From the NCBI GenBank assembly GCA_964530625.1, contig CAZHAK010000007.1:21938-85937 (forward strand): a stretch of 64,000 nt of DNA, given 5' to 3'. Positions 58,701 to 64,000 of this stretch are shown here, in pieces; positions within the stretch are counted from its first letter, which is position 1, and every line of letters begins with the position of its first letter. This DNA comes from an uncultured Alphaproteobacteria bacterium (lineage in GTDB: Bacteria > Electryoneota > RPQS01). Both the position numbers and the translations under genes were made by a program. The notes under the pieces are model-generated. The model worked only from the letters and a program-made list of their open reading frames with translations. It ran no database searches and was not told where the DNA came from.

Positions 58701-60587
58701 GCGCTCGAAGGTTCAACCGACGGCTTCTGGGATTGGAATATCGTTTCTGGCGATTGCTTTTTTAGCCCAAGAATCGTAGAGTGGCTCGGCTATGACGCAG
58801 GTGAGTTCATTCATAAAATGAGCTTCTGGCAAGAGATTGTTCATCCGGATTCTCTGCCTGTGGTCAATCGCGCTTTTGCTGAACACGTCGCGAGTAGAAC
58901 TGCGCACTATGAAGTCGAAGGACGAATACGCACGAAATCCGGGGAATGGATTTGGGTGTTATCGCGAGGGAAGGTCGTGCTGTGGGATGAACACGGAGCA
59001 CCACTGCGTGCAGCAGGAACATGGACAAACATCACAGACCGAAAAGTTATCGAGGCACGTGCGCTTCAGCTTGGAAGAATTCTGGACAATTCCGTCAATG
59101 AAGTCTACATCGTTGACATAGACTCTCTGAGAATTCTGGAAACCAATCAGAGGGCACGAATCAACACCGGCTACTCGCTCGAAGACTACCAGACTCTGAC
59201 CATTCCACGGCTAACGGCAAATTGGAGAGAAAGCGAACTTCCAAGGCTGCTTCATCCTCTGCTGAACTACAAAATGGAAGTTGTGCGGACAAAGGCCGAT
59301 CATCGCCGAAGTGACGGGACAACGTATCCGTTTGAAGCTACGCTCCAGCTCATGGAATGGCAAGACAAAACTGTGCTTGTCTTCATTGGCTCCGACGCAA
59401 CCGAAAAGGCCAAAGCCGAGCAAAAACTGGAAAGACTGGATGCGCGAATCAGACAAAATCAACGTCTCGAAACGATCGGCACGCTGGCTGGCGGTATCGC
59501 CCACGACTTTAACAATATCCTTACTCCAATACTGGGCTATGCGGATATCGCCGCCAGTGAACTGGATCAAGAATCGACGACGCGAAAAGATCTCGAACAT
59601 GTGATTCAGGCTGCCTACCGGGCCAAAGAGCTCGTCCAGCAAATTCTTGCGTTCAGCACGCAAGGTGACCAAGCTCGCCATCATCTGAAAATCGACCTTG
59701 TCGTAAAGGAAACTCTAAAGTTGTTGCGGGTCGGCATCCCGACAAACATTGATTTAGTCCAAAGCATCGAAAACGTCGGGTATGTTACGTCGGATCCCAG
59801 CATGATCAATCAGATCCTCGTGAATCTCTGCGCCAATGCCGGGCAGGCGATCGGTGAAACCGGCGGTGTCATTGATGTTTCACTCACAAAAGTTGAACTG
59901 AAAGAGTATGACGAACGTGAGCGCCTGAAACTGCCCGAAAGAGCCTACGCAAAACTGTGCGTGCGAGACTCCGGCAAAGGAATGGATGGATACACCATGG
60001 GACGAATGTTTGAACCATTCTTCACAACGGAAGATGTCGGCAAGGGAACTGGACTCGGACTTTCCGTTGTGCATGGCATCGTGAAATCGCACGGAGGGGC
60101 AATAGATGTTGAGTCCGTACCCGATCAAGGTACACGAATTTGCGTCTATCTACCCGTAGAATTCGATGACGACGGCGCAAATCTCCCGCGCACGTTTGAG
60201 GACCCCTCGGGAAGTGAGCACATCCTACTCTGCGATGATGACGATTCTATTCTGATGCTCGGAAAGCAGATGCTTGAGAACTATGGATACTCTGTAACCG
60301 CGACCCAAGACCCTGTCGCAGCTCTGGCCTTGCTGGCGCAAGCAGACCCCCCTGTCGCGGCTATTGTCGTGGATGATCAAATGCCCATCCTCTCAGGCCG
60401 TGATGTCGCATTAGCGGCGCACGATTACAACTCGAGGGTCCCGGTCATCCTGCTGTCTGCGGGGCAAAGCCGTACGGAGAGCGCAGAATGCTTTGCTGCC
60501 GTGCTTTCGAAGCCGGTCGGAGCAGGTGATCTTGCACATTCAGTTAGAAAATGTATTGACGAATCCAAAATGGAGACTGCAACATAA
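55749..60587 (+). CDS. Hybrid sensor histidine kinase: N-terminal TM region, multiple PAS/PAC and GAF domains, HisKA, HATPase_c, and a C-terminal receiver domain
   Basis: Two N-terminal hydrophobic segments. There are many PAS-like repeats over 1612 aa. The HisKA H-box is GGIAHDFNNILTPILGYADI. The ATPase G-boxes are GKGTGLGLSVVHGIV. The receiver region is HILLCDDDDSILML...VVDDQMP...SKPV. Confidence 0.8.
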   Translation: MLDLFPSRFTLRSMFRTIYTLATLLICHSSLWAAKDLPMHGFLAYWPAALGLMAAVGLAGLCILTFRRARKTDEHDPVLDWRSLAENIAEAVILLKADGTVLFVNRWSSDRDVMIGMPIEEFIHGDDRVRWKEYYFLRAGRASVCKTDVFKMTLPEATTAYWEVRISPLSNGPHGADIMLCARDVTDSRLKETTKDVLHKVTFASTHVESLESFVRYIELQLARLVDTSNFYLALYDNETDTYLKFLSRDRSEPLTAEIERVSLKGGLTDYVRKTGKPVLMNNHNRAELIANGSLRTIGESAACWLGVPLQTRDDVLGVLVVQSYNNLNCYTNSDVELLSIVAGSIGRAFERKSAQAELKQREEKLRLFTERTPALLWSQDETGRITYATGAALSAIGLGPDSLVGNTLCQTVQFKDEDFRQQFETLVPGAPQSFQFILRERTFEAWIERTNSADGKFAGMTGVALDVTEKDRAGTELRRFFELSGDLFAVIDLQGVLVRCNDAYLNATGYTREERIGQPSLTLVHPDDFALAEWAMKRLSAGEPVIGLEARIVCKDGGCKWISWSSVLDPHDNLIYTSGKDVTSRREIENALHEREEQLCLFVENSPAALAMFDRDMNYMIVSERWRTDYNLGSTDFVGRSHYEVFPEISDEWKVIHKRCLNGATEQCSRDPFLRNDGTTDWVRWEIRPWYRADGTIGGIMMFTEVITDEVNAELELSRSRNLARQIVESSLDSVIAIDGKGNVTEWNPQAVKDFGYTHDEAIGKPLHDLIVPKHLAEAHVRGLEKYARSGHALILNRILNLPAIRKGGEEFPVEISICPIQVGDETHFSAFIRDISERLEKEKELTESRARLKEAQRIAGLGFWEWFAEKDEMFVSEEKLTLYDRPDLKLPITFARFLEIVHPDDRQMFIDTNQALASGQNSCELQYRIVRPTGEIRYAYSQGETARDEHGNILKLFGTTLDVTDRVLNEQMLRDSEQRLAMALEGSTDGFWDWNIVSGDCFFSPRIVEWLGYDAGEFIHKMSFWQEIVHPDSLPVVNRAFAEHVASRTAHYEVEGRIRTKSGEWIWVLSRGKVVLWDEHGAPLRAAGTWTNITDRKVIEARALQLGRILDNSVNEVYIVDIDSLRILETNQRARINTGYSLEDYQTLTIPRLTANWRESELPRLLHPLLNYKMEVVRTKADHRRSDGTTYPFEATLQLMEWQDKTVLVFIGSDATEKAKAEQKLERLDARIRQNQRLETIGTLAGGIAHDFNNILTPILGYADIAASELDQESTTRKDLEHVIQAAYRAKELVQQILAFSTQGDQARHHLKIDLVVKETLKLLRVGIPTNIDLVQSIENVGYVTSDPSMINQILVNLCANAGQAIGETGGVIDVSLTKVELKEYDERERLKLPERAYAKLCVRDSGKGMDGYTMGRMFEPFFTTEDVGKGTGLGLSVVHGIVKSHGGAIDVESVPDQGTRICVYLPVEFDDDGANLPRTFEDPSGSEHILLCDDDDSILMLGKQMLENYGYSVTATQDPVAALALLAQADPPVAAIVVDDQMPILSGRDVALAAHDYNSRVPVILLSAGQSRTESAECFAAVLSKPVGAGDLAHSVRKCIDESKMETAT

Positions 60588-60964
60588 TGAATCGAATTTT
60601 GGCCATTGACGATGATCCCAACGTTAGACAAATGATCTGCCGGATGCTTGAGCGCAGCGGGTACGATGTCGTGACTGCTGCCAACGGCCGCGAAGGTGTT
60701 GAAAAATTCCGGGCTAATCCACCGGACGTCGTTATCACGGACATCATTATGCCCGAACAGGAAGGCATCGAAACTATCCGGCAACTGAAATCCGAATTCC
60801 CGGATTGCCGCATCATAGCAATCTCTGGAGGCGGACGGGTTGGCCCGGCAGACTACCTGAACATGGCAAAGCTACTCGGAGCCGCTAAAACTATCAGGAA
60901 ACCCTTCGACAGCGCACAGCTTATCTCGGCCATTCGAGAAGTCATGGCAGAGGATGTCGCCTAA
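60587..60964 (+). CDS. Single-domain CheY-like response regulator
   Basis: MNRILAIDDDPNVRQM...VVITDIIMPEQEG...RKPF. The start overlaps the kinase stop (ATGA). Confidence 0.85.
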   Translation: MNRILAIDDDPNVRQMICRMLERSGYDVVTAANGREGVEKFRANPPDVVITDIIMPEQEGIETIRQLKSEFPDCRIIAISGGGRVGPADYLNMAKLLGAAKTIRKPFDSAQLISAIREVMAEDVA

Positions 60965-61098
60965 GCTGCCTCGACCTTATCTTGCTGATTTTAGATGGAC
61001 GTGCCTCGGTGCGAAAAGAGGCATCAATCTGTCTTTTCGCTGCAGAATGCAAGGCAATTCGATCCACTTGCTTAAATTATTGTTATTTCTGACTCTAA

Positions 61099-61324
61099 AA
61101 CAAATGTGACGATTACCGAACCGGTGTGACGATGTTGACGATGATTGCCTCAGCCACGCCTTCGGTTGGCACCGAAGCAGTGACCACGGAGTACACTCTA
61201 AATCAGCAACCCGAACCCGTTTAGCCCGAACGTGAACCTGACCAAAGGTGTGTACTTCACGGTGAAGATCGGCACCGAGTTCACCGCCACGAAGAAGATG
61301 CTGCCGTTAAGCAAGTGCGTGTAA
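61099..61324 (+). pseudogene. Degraded remnant of a T9SS C-terminal sorting domain (frameshifted and internally deleted), with no cargo-protein body
   Basis: Frame 1 (61099-61221) reads ...SATPSVGTEAVTTEYTLNQ. After a +1 shift, 61202-61321 reads ISNPNPFSPNVNLTKGVYFTVKIGTEFTATKKMLPLSKCV*. NPNPFSP and GVYF...TKKM are hallmark CTD motifs, but the roughly 40-aa middle is missing. The piece starts only 135 nt after the upstream gene. Confidence 0.55.
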
Positions 61325-61412
61325 CGCACGTCTTGTGCTGATGCCAACGTAAGATATTGTCCCAAGGACATACAACGGGCCTTCTACACGGGAGGCTCGT
61401 TGCATTATGTAG

Positions 61413-61662
61413 AGGTTTGAAGCAACAACACGCAAAGCAGATGCTCCCATTCATTCTATCCGTCATAAGCCTTTGTCCAAGAGCACACCATGCGGTGTTC
61501 AAATCAATGATCTGGAAATCACAATACTAGTTAGCACCTTGCATGATCGTAGCGGGTCGTCATCTTGTTTCATTTGATGCGCCGGATCTGACCACGGGTC
61601 TGTATTTCTACACGACCAAGATTGATATCGACATTAACGACACAAAGAAAAGCTGCTTTTGA
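61413..61662 (+). pseudogene. Second degraded T9SS C-terminal sorting domain remnant (one frameshift)
   Basis: Frame 0 reads ...HKPLSKSTPCGVQINDLEITILVSTLHD. Frame 1 from 61543 reads MIVAGRHLVSFDAPDLTTGLYFYTTKIDIDINDTKKSCF*. Joined, these resemble a full-length CTD (...V.I.DL.G..V.TL.....AG.H.V.FDA.DL..GLYFY......TKK...). Confidence 0.5.
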
Positions 61663-61854
61663 CGTAAGAACTTTAACTTGTTGTTTTCCTGAGGGTTCTC
61701 AAGTTCCAAATGCCCTCTCTCGGCTCACGTCAACGATACGATTATTTCATTTTTTCTTCCCTATTCCTTGCCTCGCCAAAAAATTGAGTGTAAATTGAGG
61801 GAATACCTCTGTCCCGAGGATTTCTGTTTATATGCAAGATAAAGGTGAATTGAA

Positions 61855-64000
61855 ATGAAACTATGGTCTAAGATTCTGTGCCTGGTTGTTGCCCTGTTCG
61901 CGGTCACCACACTTCACGCTGCCGAGTTCTCGGACATGCTCGAGTTAGAGCTTGAAAAAGCGAAGGGTAGTGACTTCGTCAGCGCAATTATCACGCTGCC
62001 GAGTGCGATTGATATTCGGTCGCTCGACTTTGCGCTTCACACTCGCAAAGCAACCTTGGCGGAACGTCACAGTGAAGTTATTGGCGCGCTGAAATATAAC
62101 GCGTCGCTAAATCAGCCTGCCTATCGCGCCGAACTCGAAGAAGAAATCGAAAAAGGAAATGTCGAAGGCTATACCGCCTACTGGATTGAAAATCTCTTCG
62201 TGATTTCTGCTACAAAAGATTACATTGAGTCGCTGCGCAACCGCGGTGACATCGAGTTTGCCGACGAGAACTTCAAACCCGAGTTGATTGAGCCGATTGT
62301 CTCGTCCTCAGGCGACGAACGTCCGCCGCGAATAAATCCGCTCGACAACGAAACCACCACAGCCGGTCAAAATGCCATCGGTGCAACCCGCGTCAATCGC
62401 GAACTTGGCATTACGGGTCAAGGCGTGCTTGTAGCAAACTGTGACACCGGAGTTGACGGCAATCATCCTGCGCTCGCTTCGCGCTGGAGAGGAAACTTTG
62501 CGCCTGCGGCAGAATGCTGGCGCGACGCTCTCGGATCTGCACCCAACTTCCCCTCGGATGGAAACAATCACGGCACGCACGTCATGGGTACGATTACGGG
62601 CCGCGCGATCTCCGGCAATGACACCAATACTGTGGGTAGTGCGCCCAACGCGCTGTGGATTGCGACCAACTCAATCAATCAGGGCGTCGGTGCCGCATTC
62701 GATAACGACATCATCGCCGACTACCAGTGGTTTGCAGATCCCGACGGCGACGTCCAAACCTTGGATGATGTCCCGGATTGCATTCAGAATTCGTGGGGAG
62801 TTCATTCTGGCTTTAGCGGGTACATTCAATGCGACAGCCGCTGGAACACCGTAATTCTAAACTGTGAAGCGGCTGGTCCCGTGATCTCATGGTCAGCCGG
62901 TAACGAATCTGGCTCCGGCCATCGAGCGCCCGCGATCTTTTCCATAAATGCTTACCAAATCTTCTCTGTGGGCGCGGTGGACGCACAAGATGGCTTGCCG
63001 CCCTATCCGATTGCAAGTTTTTCGAGCCTTGGACCCACACCTTGTGCTCCCTTTGTTCCTGACAACATTAAGCCAGAAATTTCCGCGCCCGGTGTGAATG
63101 TCTATTCGTCCGTCCCCGGTGGCGGCTATAGTAGTTCCTATTCCGGCACCTCTATGGCAGGACCGCATGTTGCAGGCGTCGTCGCGTTGATGCGCGAAGC
63201 CTGTCCCGATTGCGATCACATCACGATCAAGGATGCGATCATGCAAACCGCGCTTGACCAAGGTCCGGCAGGGCAGGACAATACATACGGCTATGGCGTG
63301 ATCCAAGCCTATGAAGCCGTCATCGCTGTCTCCGCACTCGGCCGCGTAGCTGGTGTCGTTACGGACGGAGTTGATCCTATTAACGGTGCGCGCGTGAAAA
63401 TTCTTTCCGGACCAAACCAAGTTTACACTGATGCTGGTGGTCTGTATTACCTCGCCTTATCTGACGGAACCTACGACCTTGAGTTTTCGAAAGTCGGTTT
63501 CATTTCTGACACAACGTATGGCGTGGTCGTGACCGTTGGAGATACCGTCTTTGTCAATGCTGAACTCACTGCGCTGACACCAGTCGTTTTCGTGAACGAA
63601 GATTTCGAAGCCGGCGCTCCCGGTTGGACACACGATGCTCCCGGCGGCTGGGTAGATAATTGGCACATCTCGACAGAGCGCGCAAACTCCGGTACACATT
63701 CGTACAAGTGCGGCGACGAGGGAGTGGGAACATATGCAAGTTTCGATGACGCTCGCTTGACGTCCCCTGTTTTGTCAAACATCCCTGCTTCGGCTTATCT
63801 GAATTTCGATCTCCAGATCGAATCCGAACTTTCGGGAGCTTTCCCGGATTCAGCTTATGACGGCGGATTCATAGAGCTCTCCGTTGATGCAGGCCCGTGG
63901 ACCCACGTTTCCCCGCTGCAAGGCTACACCAAAACCTTCCGATACTCTGCAGGTGGAGGAAATCCCTATACCGGGCCGGTTCCGGGGGTTGCGTGTTTTG
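61855..64000 (+). CDS. Secreted propeptide-S8 subtilisin-like peptidase, the third paralog (3' end beyond the window)
   Basis: ATG at 61855 follows AAAGGTG. Signal peptide MKLWSKILCLVVALFAVTTLHA. The propeptide GYTAYWIENLFVISA is shared with its paralogs. Motifs: VLVANCDTGVDGNH, HGTHVMGTITG, GTSMAGPHVAGVVALM. There is no stop before 64000. Confidence 0.85.
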   Translation, partial: MKLWSKILCLVVALFAVTTLHAAEFSDMLELELEKAKGSDFVSAIITLPSAIDIRSLDFALHTRKATLAERHSEVIGALKYNASLNQPAYRAELEEEIEKGNVEGYTAYWIENLFVISATKDYIESLRNRGDIEFADENFKPELIEPIVSSSGDERPPRINPLDNETTTAGQNAIGATRVNRELGITGQGVLVANCDTGVDGNHPALASRWRGNFAPAAECWRDALGSAPNFPSDGNNHGTHVMGTITGRAISGNDTNTVGSAPNALWIATNSINQGVGAAFDNDIIADYQWFADPDGDVQTLDDVPDCIQNSWGVHSGFSGYIQCDSRWNTVILNCEAAGPVISWSAGNESGSGHRAPAIFSINAYQIFSVGAVDAQDGLPPYPIASFSSLGPTPCAPFVPDNIKPEISAPGVNVYSSVPGGGYSSSYSGTSMAGPHVAGVVALMREACPDCDHITIKDAIMQTALDQGPAGQDNTYGYGVIQAYEAVIAVSALGRVAGVVTDGVDPINGARVKILSGPNQVYTDAGGLYYLALSDGTYDLEFSKVGFISDTTYGVVVTVGDTVFVNAELTALTPVVFVNEDFEAGAPGWTHDAPGGWVDNWHISTERANSGTHSYKCGDEGVGTYASFDDARLTSPVLSNIPASAYLNFDLQIESELSGAFPDSAYDGGFIELSVDAGPWTHVSPLQGYTKTFRYSAGGGNPYTGPVPGVACF

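Noticed and set aside
1-64000. CRISPR arrays, rRNA/tRNA genes, IS elements, integrases
   Set aside because: There are no short regularly spaced direct repeats, no rRNA- or tRNA-like structures, and no transposase- or integrase-like ORFs in any frame.

Overview
This window is a gene-dense bacterial chromosomal segment. The genes look like an FCB-group (Bacteroidota-like or candidate-phylum) organism, because one subtilase ends in a T9SS/Por-type C-terminal sorting domain (CTD) and two degraded copies of such CTDs lie in an intergenic region. I found no rRNA, tRNA, CRISPR array or recognisable mobile element.

The content falls into four groups:
- **Housekeeping:** the 2-oxoglutarate dehydrogenase operon sucA-sucB-lpdA, an RlmD-type rRNA methyltransferase, a YgeA-like amino-acid racemase, an SPFH protein, a DoxX protein and a rhodanese sulfurtransferase.
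- **Envelope systems:** a LolD/FtsX/LolA-like ABC cluster with an outer-membrane barrel protein, and a GT2 plus GT-C glycosyltransferase pair.
- **Secreted peptidases, unusually many:**
  - three paralogous propeptide-S8 subtilases;
  - a fourth, unrelated S8 subtilase;
  - a 1395-aa kexin-like S8 protein with CARDB-like repeats;
  - an M14 carboxypeptidase;
  - an M3 oligoendopeptidase;
  - an S9 peptidase;
  - a TPR protein carrying an HExxH motif;
  - a 1128-aa beta-helix protein.
- **Tight accessory operons:**
  - a five-gene plus-strand operon: a GCS2/YbdK-type carboxylate-amine ligase, an MFS transporter, an esterase, an ATP-grasp ligase and a Fes-like esterase;
  - a plus-strand operon driven by a near-consensus sigma70 promoter: two small paralogous secreted helical proteins and the giant kexin-like protein, closed by a strong terminator and followed by a multi-PAS hybrid histidine kinase and a CheY-like regulator.

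The two operons in the last group are my best candidates for undescribed systems. All calls rest on reading motifs in the supplied translations; no database search was possible.
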